In this document: one piece after another, positions 55,240 to 64,000 of the stretch | Layout: each line of letters starts with the position of its first letter | Numbering within the stretch: the first letter of the stretch is position 1 | DNA from: Candidatus Poribacteria bacterium | GTDB lineage: Bacteria > Poribacteria > WGA-4E > WGA-3G | Reading direction: 5' to 3' | DNA length: 64,000 nt | Assembly (NCBI GenBank): GCA_963665235.2 | Contig: CAXXLX010000001.1 | Coordinates: 4,160,001-4,224,000 of the forward strand | Position numbers and translations under genes: made by a program | The notes under the pieces: model-generated | The model's database searches: none | What the model was told of the DNA's origin: nothing | Seen by the model: the letters and a program-made list of their open reading frames with translations, nothing else

Positions 55240-57093
55240 TTAAGGTTCGAGTTCCCAAAGGAGAATAGTGCCATCCCAACTCCCACTAACGATGGTGTTC
55301 CCATCCGGACTAAACGACACGCTATTGACCGGCCCAGTATGTCCCGTGAGTGTTCTGATAAGGTGTCCGGTGTTTGTGCTCCATAGTCGAATAGTGTTGT
55401 CCCAACTCCCACTAACGACGGTATTGCCATCCGGACTAAATGACACGCTATAGACCTGCTCCGTATGTCCCGTGAGAGTTCTGATAAGTTGCCCGGTGTT
55501 CGTATTCCATAGGCGAATAGTCTTGTCCTCACTCCCACTAACGATAGTATTACCATCGGGACTAAACGAAACACTAAGGACCGGTCCCAAATGTCCCGTG
55601 AGAGTTCTGATAATTTTTCCTGTGGTAATATCCCATAGTTGAATAGTCTTGCCTACCCTTCCACTAACGATGGTGTTCCCATCCGGACTGAACGACACGG
55701 TAATGACCGCCCCCATATCTCCCGTGAGTGTTGTGATAAGGTGTCCTGTGTTTGTGTGCCATAGGCGAATAATCATGTCCACACTGCCACTAACGAAGAT
55801 ATTCCCATCAGGACTAAACGCCACGCTATAGACATAATCTGCTCCCGTGAGAGTTCTGCTAATTTTTCCTGTTGTAATATCCCATAGTTGAATAGTAGCG
55901 TCCGCACTTCCACTAACGATGGTGTTGCCATCCGGACTAAATGATATGCTATTGACCGGCCCCGTATGTCCCGTGAGAGTTCTGATAAGTGGTTTCCCTG
56001 TGGCTATGTCCCATAGCCGAATAGTGCCGTCCCTACTCCCACTAACGATGGTGTTACCATCCGGACTAAATGACACGCTACGGACAATAACCGTATGTCC
56101 TGTAATTTTTCTGATAAGTTGTGCGGTGTTTGTGTCCCATAAACGAATAGTGCTGTCATAACTTCCACTAACGATGGTGTTGCCATCCGGACTAAATGAC
56201 ACGCTATGGACCCGACCCATATCTCCCGTGAGTGTTGTGATAAGTTCTCCTGTGTTCGGATTCCACAAGCGGATAGTCTCGTCCTCACTGCCACTAACAA
56301 GCATACGACCATCGGGACTAAACGACACGCTATTGACATCATCCGTATGTCCTGTGATTTTTCTGACGATTTTTCCTGTGCTAATATCCCATAGACAAAT
56401 AATGTTGTGCCTACTCCCGCTAACGAGGGTATTGCCATCCGGACTAAATGACACGCTATGGACTGGCTTTGTATGTCCTCTGAGTGTTGTGATAAGTTCT
56501 CCTGTGCTAATGTCCCACAAGCGAATAGTCTTGTCCTCACTTCCGCTAACGATGGTGTTGCCATCCGGACTAAATGACACACTATTGACCGGACGCGTAT
56601 GTCCAGTGAATGTTGTGATAAGGTGTCCAGTTTTAGTGTGCCATAGACGAATAGTCTTTTCCCTACTGCTGCTAACAAGCATACGACCATCGGGACTAAA
56701 CGACACGCTATTGACCGGTTCTGTATGTCCAGTGAATTTTCTGATAATTTTTCCTGTGTTTGTATTCCACAGTCGGATAGTAGCGTCCTCACTCCTAGTA
56801 GCAAGCGCGCGACCATCTGGACTAAACGACGCGCTATAGACCGACCCCATATCTCCTGTAAATAGGTTGAGTGCTTCTCCTGTCTGGACATCATAAATCC
56901 AGACCCCGATGCTACTCCCAACGGCTAAACGCGTTCCATCTGGTGAAAACTTTATATCAGTTATAGCACCTTTACCGAGTCGTGCTTTCGCGCCTTCCGG
57001 TAAGTTCCATTGTGTGTAGTCTATAGCGAGGGTGTTTGGTGCGACCGTTAGGAGCACAAACAAAATCGTTAGCGTCAAAAATCTGTTTTTCAT
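55240..57093 (-). CDS. Secreted WD40-repeat protein (~13 near-identical repeats)
   Basis: Signal peptide; LPEGAKARLGKG; repeated GHT..V.SVSFSPDG.TIVSGS.D.TIRLW units of ~126 bp. Confidence 0.96.
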   Translation of the reverse strand: MKNRFLTLTILFVLLTVAPNTLAIDYTQWNLPEGAKARLGKGAITDIKFSPDGTRLAVGSSIGVWIYDVQTGEALNLFTGDMGSVYSASFSPDGRALATRSEDATIRLWNTNTGKIIRKFTGHTEPVNSVSFSPDGRMLVSSSREKTIRLWHTKTGHLITTFTGHTRPVNSVSFSPDGNTIVSGSEDKTIRLWDISTGELITTLRGHTKPVHSVSFSPDGNTLVSGSRHNIICLWDISTGKIVRKITGHTDDVNSVSFSPDGRMLVSGSEDETIRLWNPNTGELITTLTGDMGRVHSVSFSPDGNTIVSGSYDSTIRLWDTNTAQLIRKITGHTVIVRSVSFSPDGNTIVSGSRDGTIRLWDIATGKPLIRTLTGHTGPVNSISFSPDGNTIVSGSADATIQLWDITTGKISRTLTGADYVYSVAFSPDGNIFVSGSVDMIIRLWHTNTGHLITTLTGDMGAVITVSFSPDGNTIVSGRVGKTIQLWDITTGKIIRTLTGHLGPVLSVSFSPDGNTIVSGSEDKTIRLWNTNTGQLIRTLTGHTEQVYSVSFSPDGNTVVSGSWDNTIRLWSTNTGHLIRTLTGHTGPVNSVSFSPDGNTIVSGSWDGTILLWELEP

Positions 57094-57264
57094 GTTATCC
57101 TCCACTGAGCGTTTTTCGTGTCGTGGTAAAGTTGTCTATAGTACAGCACCTTTGACAGATATTGTCAAGAAAAAAGAGCGGGCACAGAATGCAATTTAGA
57201 TTGACGTTTTCTACCGAACATGGTATTCTTTTAAACAGCATCGAGATTGTGAAAAGGAAAGTTA

Positions 57265-57984
57265 ATGAAAAACGCGATTCAAAACGAGCTCACAGTGGAT
57301 GGCATACTCCGAGAAATAGAGGAAAAAGCGGATACCGGCGAATATTTTTACCGAGGCGAACCTGAACATTATCACGAAACCCCTTACTTTGGGAAGATCT
57401 CTTCGAATCTCTATCGCGTCTTTCTTGAAGACGAGGACTTTGATGTCGAGGCAGAACACTTTGATATAGAGGCATTCCAAAGAGCAATGTTGAGCGCAGC
57501 GAACAAATTCTCCCTCAAACCCGTTAGTGAGCTTGAACGTCTGGCGGAGATTCAACATTATGGGGGTAAAACCAATCTTATCGATTTTACAAAGGATTAC
57601 CTCATCGCGCTTTTTATGGCATCTCAAGAGTCTCGTGGTAGAGATGGTAGGTTTATTTTTCAAAAGATAGAGTTAGTAAAACCTTATATTGAAAGTCCTT
57701 ACGCGCCGATAAATCGGGTCATCGCGCAGAAAAGTGTATTTGTTCGACATCCGGCTGGGTTCATTCAACCAGCCAAGGATGATGTTATAAACATTCCTGC
57801 ATCTCTCAAAAATCTTATGCGGGAACACCTTGAAAGATCTCACGATATCTCTGCCGAAACCGTCTATAATGATACGCATGGGTTTATTAGACATCAAAGC
57901 CTCAATATGGAACTTTACAAGGCAATGTATATCGGATTAACCCGCGAACAGCAAGGAGATTCAGACAATGGCAACTCAAACTAA
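57265..57984 (+). CDS. FRG-domain protein (copy 1)
   Basis: YFYRGE, SNLYR, QHYGGKTNLIDFT...ALFMA, NR..AQKS.F. Confidence 0.9.
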   Translation: MKNAIQNELTVDGILREIEEKADTGEYFYRGEPEHYHETPYFGKISSNLYRVFLEDEDFDVEAEHFDIEAFQRAMLSAANKFSLKPVSELERLAEIQHYGGKTNLIDFTKDYLIALFMASQESRGRDGRFIFQKIELVKPYIESPYAPINRVIAQKSVFVRHPAGFIQPAKDDVINIPASLKNLMREHLERSHDISAETVYNDTHGFIRHQSLNMELYKAMYIGLTREQQGDSDNGNSN

Positions 57985-59092
57985 GATGGCGCATTATGAA
58001 GCAGCTGCGAAACATTTTAGCAGAGCCATCAATTTGGACCCAACTTTTGTTATGCCTTACATTTATCGCGGCAATGTTTATCGGAAAATGGGGGAATTCG
58101 AGCTGGCGATTGATGATTATACTACGGCCATTCGACTAACCCGACAACCTGCTGAGGCATATTACGGCCGCGGTATGGCACACGGTGCTAAAAGCAAGCT
58201 CGACAAGGCAATAGAAGATTTTACGATGGCAATCCAATATGAACCGGATTACGCGGAGGCATACTATCATCGTGGTAACGCTTATGTTATCCAAAATAAG
58301 TTTAACCTTGCTATTGCGGATTGCGACAAGGCAATACAGCTTAACCCTAATGCTGCGGATGCCTATCTCATTCGCGGGAATGCTTACGAAAGCAAAGGTG
58401 AGCTTGACTTCGCTATTATGGACTATAGCAAGGGAATTCTACTTAAGCCGGATTATCCTCTTGCCTACGTCGTCCGTGGTAATGCTTATAACGAAAAAGG
58501 CGATTTTGATTTCGCTATTGTAGACTATACTAAGGCATTGGTGTTGAAACCGAATTATGTTGATGCCTATATTGTTAGAAGTCAAGCTCACTTACTTAAA
58601 CGCGATTTTGACTCCGCCATCGCGGATTGCCAAAAAGTGATGGAGCTCAACCCTAAGACTGCCGAGCCGTATATCACCCGTGCGATTGTTCATAGCCTTA
58701 AAGATGAGTTCGACGCGGCTATTGCCGACTGTGAAAAAGCGATAGAACGCAATCCCAATGCTGCTGATGCTTATGTCATTCTTGGGATGGCTCTTAGCAA
58801 TAAAAACAATTTTGACGCCGCTATTGCGAATTATACAGAAGCGATAAAATTGGAACCTACGCATGCCAATGCATATTATGAACGTGGGAACGCGTATCTT
58901 AACATAGGCGAGTTTGACCTAGCAATTGCAGACTTGACTGCTGCGATGGACTACGGAATAGATGTCGGCACCGCATTTCGGAACGAGTATCAAAGTCTAG
59001 CGGAATTTAAGGAAAAAACGGGTATTAAATCGTTACCGAAAGACATCGTTGCTATACTAAAACAGATGGAAAAAGTCCTGTGTCAATATTGA
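57968..59092 (+). CDS. TPR-repeat protein (copy 1)
   Basis: ~9-10 34-aa repeats AY..RG.AY...G.FD.AI.DY.KAI.L.P; AGGAG RBS. Confidence 0.93.
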   Translation: MATQTKMAHYEAAAKHFSRAINLDPTFVMPYIYRGNVYRKMGEFELAIDDYTTAIRLTRQPAEAYYGRGMAHGAKSKLDKAIEDFTMAIQYEPDYAEAYYHRGNAYVIQNKFNLAIADCDKAIQLNPNAADAYLIRGNAYESKGELDFAIMDYSKGILLKPDYPLAYVVRGNAYNEKGDFDFAIVDYTKALVLKPNYVDAYIVRSQAHLLKRDFDSAIADCQKVMELNPKTAEPYITRAIVHSLKDEFDAAIADCEKAIERNPNAADAYVILGMALSNKNNFDAAIANYTEAIKLEPTHANAYYERGNAYLNIGEFDLAIADLTAAMDYGIDVGTAFRNEYQSLAEFKEKTGIKSLPKDIVAILKQMEKVLCQY

Positions 59093-59276
59093 ACAAGGAT
59101 ACCCCCATTCCAAACGCGAAGCGGAATTGAACATCGCCCATTTGCTTAGAAAACGTTTAAATTGAGCCCAACCTCAAAATGGAGAATCAAAGTGGAACAC
59201 CGAATTAAAAAATTGACGTTTTCTACTGAACATGGTATTCTTTTAAACAGCATCGGGATTGTGAAAAGGAAAGTTA

Positions 59277-59990
59277 ATGAAAAACGAAAATCAAAACAAG
59301 CAAGGCACAGTGGATGGCATACTCCGAGAAATAGAGGAAAAAGCGGATACCGGCGAATATTTTTACCGAGGCGAGCCTGAACATTATCACGAAACCCCTT
59401 ACTTTGGGAAGATCTCTTCGAATCTCTATCGCGTCTTTCTTGAAGACGAAGACTTTGATGTCGAGGCAGAACACTTTGATATAGAGGATGTTCAAGCAAC
59501 AATGTTTGAAACATCCAAGCATTTTACTCGAAAAACAGCCAGTGAACTTGAACGGCTCGCCGAAATCCAACATTACGGGGGCAAAACTAACTTCATTGAT
59601 TTCACGAAGGATTATCTTATTGCGCTTTTTATGGCTTGCGATGGGGCCCCTGGCAAAGATGGTCGGATTATATTGCAAAAAAAGGAACAGGTAAATCCAT
59701 ATATTGAGGAATCTTACGAACCGATAAATCGTATTATTGCACAAAAAAGTGTATTTATCCGACATCCGGATGGTTTTATTAAGCCGAATGAAGAGGACAT
59801 CATCAATATTCCAGCGGACCTCAAAAGACCAATGCTAAGGCATTTGAGAAATTCCCACGATATATCTGTCGAAACAATTTACAACGATATCCATGGCTTT
59901 ATTAAAGATCAGGATAACCATCTGGATGTCTACAAATTGATTCACAAGGGCCTAACCTATAAACAAATAGGAGATTCAGAACATGGTTAA
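59277..59990 (+). CDS. FRG-domain protein (copy 2)
   Basis: Same motifs as copy 1. Confidence 0.9.
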   Translation: MKNENQNKQGTVDGILREIEEKADTGEYFYRGEPEHYHETPYFGKISSNLYRVFLEDEDFDVEAEHFDIEDVQATMFETSKHFTRKTASELERLAEIQHYGGKTNFIDFTKDYLIALFMACDGAPGKDGRIILQKKEQVNPYIEESYEPINRIIAQKSVFIRHPDGFIKPNEEDIINIPADLKRPMLRHLRNSHDISVETIYNDIHGFIKDQDNHLDVYKLIHKGLTYKQIGDSEHG

Positions 59991-61200
59991 CAAAGCAAAG
60001 ATGGCACACTATGAAGAAGCTGCCAAACATTTTAGTGAAGCCATCCGTCTACGACCCGGTTTTGTTATGCCTTATATCCTCCGGGGCGAGGTTTACCATA
60101 AAATGGGCAAATGGGATTTGGCAATTGCTGATTATACCGAAGCGATTTTCTGGACTCAGCAACCCGCTAGTGCTTACAACGGCCGCGGTATGGCACACGG
60201 TGCTAAAGGTGAGATTGACAAAGCGATTGAAGACTTCACACAAGCAATCCGATATGAACCGGATTACGCGGAGGCATACTATCATCGTGGTAACGCTTAT
60301 GTTATCCAAAATAAGTTTGACCTCGCTATTGCGGATTGCGATAAGGCAATCCAGCTTAACCCCAATGCTGCGGAGGCCTATCTCATTCGCGGTAATGCTT
60401 ACGGAAGCAAAAGTGAGCTTGACTTCGCTATTATGGACTATAGCAAGGGAATTCTACTTAAGCCGGATTATCCTCTTGCCTACGTCGTCCGTGGTAATGC
60501 TTATAACGAAAAAGGCGATTTTGATTTCGCTATTGTAGACTATACTAAGGCATTGGTGTTGAAACCGAATTATGTTGATGCCTATATTGTTAGAAGTCAA
60601 GCTCACTTACTTAAACGCGATTTTGACTCCGCCATCGCGGATTGCCAAAAAGTGATGGAGCTCAACCCTAAGACTGCCGAGCCGTATATCATCCGTGCGA
60701 TTGTTCATAGCCTTAAAGGTGAGTTCGACACGGTTATTGCCGACTGTGAAAAAGCGATAGAACGCGAGCCCAATGCTGCTGATGCTTATGTCATTCTTGG
60801 GATGGCTTTTGGCAATAAAAACGATTTTGACTCCGCTATCGCGAATTATACAAAGGCGATAAAATTGGAACCTAAGCATGCCGATGTCTATTATGAGCGT
60901 GGTAAAGCATATCTTAACATAGGTGAGTTTGACCTAGCAATTGCGGACTTGACTGCTGCAGTGGATAATGGAATAGATGTCGGCACCGCTTTTCGGAACG
61001 CGTATCAAAGTCTAGCGGAATTTAAGGAAAAAACGGGTATTAAATCGTTACCAGAAGACATCGTTGCAATATTAAAACAGCACGATGGAAAAAGTCCTGT
61101 GTCGGTATTTCAGCCTGAAGCGGCGCGCATCCAAATGCAGCCTACGTGGATACCCCCATTTCAAGCGCAAATCGGACTTGAACATCGTCCGTTTGCTTAG
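59983..61200 (+). CDS. TPR-repeat protein (copy 2)
   Basis: Same repeats as copy 1, with a longer C-terminal tail. Confidence 0.93.
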   Translation: MVNKAKMAHYEEAAKHFSEAIRLRPGFVMPYILRGEVYHKMGKWDLAIADYTEAIFWTQQPASAYNGRGMAHGAKGEIDKAIEDFTQAIRYEPDYAEAYYHRGNAYVIQNKFDLAIADCDKAIQLNPNAAEAYLIRGNAYGSKSELDFAIMDYSKGILLKPDYPLAYVVRGNAYNEKGDFDFAIVDYTKALVLKPNYVDAYIVRSQAHLLKRDFDSAIADCQKVMELNPKTAEPYIIRAIVHSLKGEFDTVIADCEKAIEREPNAADAYVILGMAFGNKNDFDSAIANYTKAIKLEPKHADVYYERGKAYLNIGEFDLAIADLTAAVDNGIDVGTAFRNAYQSLAEFKEKTGIKSLPEDIVAILKQHDGKSPVSVFQPEAARIQMQPTWIPPFQAQIGLEHRPFA

Positions 61201-61319
61201 CAAACGTTTAAATTGAGCCCAGCCCTCAAAATGGAGAATCAAAGTGGAACACCGAAGGCGATAAGGAGTGGGATGAATGGTCTCCGTGAAACCTGCTAAC
61301 ATATAAATTCAGGAACACT

Positions 61320-62723
61320 ATGTCTGCAAAACAACAACCCAATCTCCTCATCATTATGTCGGACGAACACGCCCCGATGTTCAGTGGACCTTATGGACAC
61401 CCGCTTGTTCAAACACCGCACATGGATAGACTCGCGCAAGAGGGGGTCACTTTCACGAATGCCTACTGCAATTCACCGCTCTGTATGCCGTCGCGGATGT
61501 CGTTTATGACAGGTAAATATATTCATCATATTGGCGCGTGGGATAACGCGGCACCGTTGCGACCGGACGCTGTCACATGGGCACACCTTCTACGCACCGC
61601 AGGTTATGATGTTGTGCTTTCAGGAAAACAGCATTTTGGCGGGATGGACCAGTTGCACGGTTTTCGTGCACAGCTCGCCCGGGACCTACACGCTGAAAGA
61701 CAACACGGCCTCACAGACTGGGAGAACGGTACACCACCTGCTCGCCGGCCATGGCAAGGACTTGCACACGCCGGGCCTGGAACAACTGTGGAAATTGAGG
61801 TAGATGACCTTGCAGAAGCCGCGGCTCTCACATATCTGCGCGACCGGGCAGGCCAGGAACAGCCGTGGGTGCTCAATGTTTCGTTCATCGCACCCCATTT
61901 TCCGCTTGTTGTGCCGCAGCGGTTTTGGGACCTCTATCCGCTTGATGAAATCGATTTACCTAATATTCCGGATGGACACCTCGAAAACCAGCATCCTGTC
62001 TATCAGCGGATGCGGCGGACGTTCGGATGTGTTGATTTTCCTGAAGACCTGGTCCGCCGCGCACGTGCAGGATACTACGGTTTGATTACCTATCTCGATG
62101 AGAAGATTGGGCGGCTGCTTCAGACGCTTGAAGAGACCGGGCAGTTGGAAAATACCGTTGTTATCTATACCAGCGACCACGGCGAGATGAACGGCGAACA
62201 CGGTATGTGGCGCAAATCAAACTTCTATGAGGCATCCGCTCGGGTGCCGCTCCAGATTATGTTTCCTGACCATCTCCCCGCCGGTAAACGTGTTGATGAA
62301 GTTGTATCGCTCGTTGATCTGACGGCTACACTGATTGACCTCACAAACGCGCCGAATGTGGGGCAGCTTGATGGGGATAGTCTGATTCCCTTGATACAAG
62401 GCACGGCAACCGATTGGAAAAATTTCGCGTTCTCCGAATATCTCGCCCACGGTGTTGAACGTCCGATGGCGATGCTACGGAAGGGGAGATACAAATTCAA
62501 CTATAGCCTCGGCGATGCCCCTGAACTTTACGATATAGCAGAAGACCCTGGCGAATTTCGTAACCTTGCGCCTCAACCTGAATATCAAGCTATTTGCCGT
62601 GAATTGGAAGCGAGCCTCTTAGCGGAGTGGAATCCCGTTGAAATTGAGAGACAGGTCCGCGAAAGTCAGAAGGCACGGCTGCTTATCGATAACGTCACGG
62701 GAGGACAGTGGCGAAAAAAATGA
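61320..62723 (+). CDS. Sulfatase (choline-sulfatase-like, formylglycine type)
   Basis: PNLLIIMSDEH, CMPSR, GKQH, PHFP, SDHG. Confidence 0.93.
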   Translation: MSAKQQPNLLIIMSDEHAPMFSGPYGHPLVQTPHMDRLAQEGVTFTNAYCNSPLCMPSRMSFMTGKYIHHIGAWDNAAPLRPDAVTWAHLLRTAGYDVVLSGKQHFGGMDQLHGFRAQLARDLHAERQHGLTDWENGTPPARRPWQGLAHAGPGTTVEIEVDDLAEAAALTYLRDRAGQEQPWVLNVSFIAPHFPLVVPQRFWDLYPLDEIDLPNIPDGHLENQHPVYQRMRRTFGCVDFPEDLVRRARAGYYGLITYLDEKIGRLLQTLEETGQLENTVVIYTSDHGEMNGEHGMWRKSNFYEASARVPLQIMFPDHLPAGKRVDEVVSLVDLTATLIDLTNAPNVGQLDGDSLIPLIQGTATDWKNFAFSEYLAHGVERPMAMLRKGRYKFNYSLGDAPELYDIAEDPGEFRNLAPQPEYQAICRELEASLLAEWNPVEIERQVRESQKARLLIDNVTGGQWRKK

Positions 62724-64000
62724 CTTCAACCGATAGGAAACCGAACCTCGTCTATGTCTTCGGCGATCAGCTGCGTTATCAATCGTGCGGGTACGCGGGG
62801 GATACACGGGCGCGTACGCCTAACATCGACCGGCTTGCCACAGAGGGAGCGAATTTTTGCAACGCGGTCTCTGGTAGTCCGATGTGCGCGCCGTATCGTG
62901 CCTCACTCTTCACAGGGAAATATAGCAGCAGCACCGGCATGGCAATCAATGAACTCCGCATGAACCCTAATCATGACTGCTTCGGACACGTTTTACATCG
63001 TAACGGGTACCAGACAAGTTATATCGGAAAGTGGCATCTTTGGGCAAATCAGTTGGGACATCATCACGACCCGCGGAATTCCTATATTCCGCCCGGCCCG
63101 CACCGACTCGGCTTTGATGGGGAATGGTCAGCCTATAATTTCCATCACACCTATTTTGACACCTATTATCATAAAGATACCCCTGAAAGGATTACGATTC
63201 CTGGCTATGAACCGGATGGACAGACAGATTTAGCGATAGAATACCTTCAACGCGCCGCAACAGCAGATAATCCGTTCGCGCTTTTCCTTTCAATCGGCAC
63301 GCCGCACGACCCGTGGACACAGAACAACGTCCCGAGTGCTTATTATGAGATGTTCCAAGATGTTGATTTTCCGTTGCCACAGAACTATCGTGAAGAGAAC
63401 GACCCGTACGGTGATGCATGGGCTATGATGTCCGCGGCAAACCGTGCGAAACTCCCCGAATGGATGCGTGTCTATTACGCAATGACGACCAATCTCGATT
63501 GGAACATCGGTAGATTGCTGAGTGCTATTGATGAACTCGGATTGCGGGATAACACAATCTTCGTGTTTACGTCTGACCACGGTGAAATGTTCGGTGCCCA
63601 GGGCCGCAAGGCAAAAAATATCTTTTATGAAGAAGCAGTACGCGTGCCGTTTCTTGTCCGCTGGTCTACGCAAATTCCGGCGGGGTATGTTACAGACGCA
63701 TGCTTGAATACCCCGGACGTTATGCCGACCCTGCTGTCTATGATGAATCTGCCAATTCCGCAGGGTGTAGAGGGCGCCGCACTGCATCACGCCGCGTTTA
63801 ACGAACCGTTTGATGAACCGGATGCCGCGTTTATGCAGGGAATGGGGTGCACTGCAAAATGGGAGGATGGTCATGAGTGGCGGGCTCTCCGAACGAAGCG
63901 GTATACTTACGCTGTTCACCGTCCCGATGGATGTGAGAAACTTTTTGACAATACAACCGACCCGTTTCAAACCCGCAATTTGGCGGATGACACCGCCTCG
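62720..64000 (+). CDS. Sulfatase (3' end runs off the window)
   Basis: Manual translation from ATG 62720: MTSTDRKPNLVYVFGDQLR..CAPYRASLFTG..GKWH..PHDP..TSDHG; absent from the ORF track. Confidence 0.92.
   Translation, partial: MTSTDRKPNLVYVFGDQLRYQSCGYAGDTRARTPNIDRLATEGANFCNAVSGSPMCAPYRASLFTGKYSSSTGMAINELRMNPNHDCFGHVLHRNGYQTSYIGKWHLWANQLGHHHDPRNSYIPPGPHRLGFDGEWSAYNFHHTYFDTYYHKDTPERITIPGYEPDGQTDLAIEYLQRAATADNPFALFLSIGTPHDPWTQNNVPSAYYEMFQDVDFPLPQNYREENDPYGDAWAMMSAANRAKLPEWMRVYYAMTTNLDWNIGRLLSAIDELGLRDNTIFVFTSDHGEMFGAQGRKAKNIFYEEAVRVPFLVRWSTQIPAGYVTDACLNTPDVMPTLLSMMNLPIPQGVEGAALHHAAFNEPFDEPDAAFMQGMGCTAKWEDGHEWRALRTKRYTYAVHRPDGCEKLFDNTTDPFQTRNLADDTAS

Larger units (their letters stand above)
57201..61256 (+). 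repeat. Tandem ~2-kb duplication (57201-59204 / 59213-61256): promoter + FRG + TPR
   Basis: Both copies begin TTGACG-N17-TATTCT and end ...GGAGAATCAAAGTGGAACACCGAA. Confidence 0.92.

Noticed and set aside
56004-56921. Long alternative-frame and antisense ORFs over the WD40 gene (also 26196-26999, 63290-63970, 14-343)
   Set aside because: Shadows of real genes or of repeat periodicity; no recognisable motifs.

Overview
Bacterial chromosomal window, very probably Candidatus Poribacteria (a sponge symbiont). This is inferred from the gene mix: microcompartment shell plus EutE-like dehydrogenase, a LamG protein with an 'AVE..GK..TTWG.LK' tail, Uma2, WD40/TPR repeat proteins, FRG-TPR, FGE-sulfatase and sulfatases. 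Housekeeping and envelope genes (purF, purM, ligA, EF-G2, Dpp permeases, pbpC plus alpha-2-macroglobulin, three tandem TonB-dependent receptors, gspG) are interleaved with accessory DNA. Highlights: (1) a complete tnpB-only IS200/IS605 element (885-2293) inserted right at the -10 box of a host promoter; (2) nested small repeats: several GTAG-type REP families, three MITE-like wrappers carrying REPs, and a ~27-29 bp hairpin mini-element repeatedly found at the GTAG site of different REP families; (3) candidate conflict modules: a J-domain-like/HNH fusion, a Schlafen/AlbA_2 + ParA-like pair, a duplicated FRG+TPR unit split at the same point in both copies, and decayed toxin-antitoxin remnants; (4) a cytochrome P460 + di-haem porin pair, an orphan FliG-like gene and a GspG lacking Glu+5; (5) three genes broken by one extra A in an A-run, probably sequencing artefacts. 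No rRNA, tRNA or CRISPR array was recognised. All calls are by eye, without database searches.
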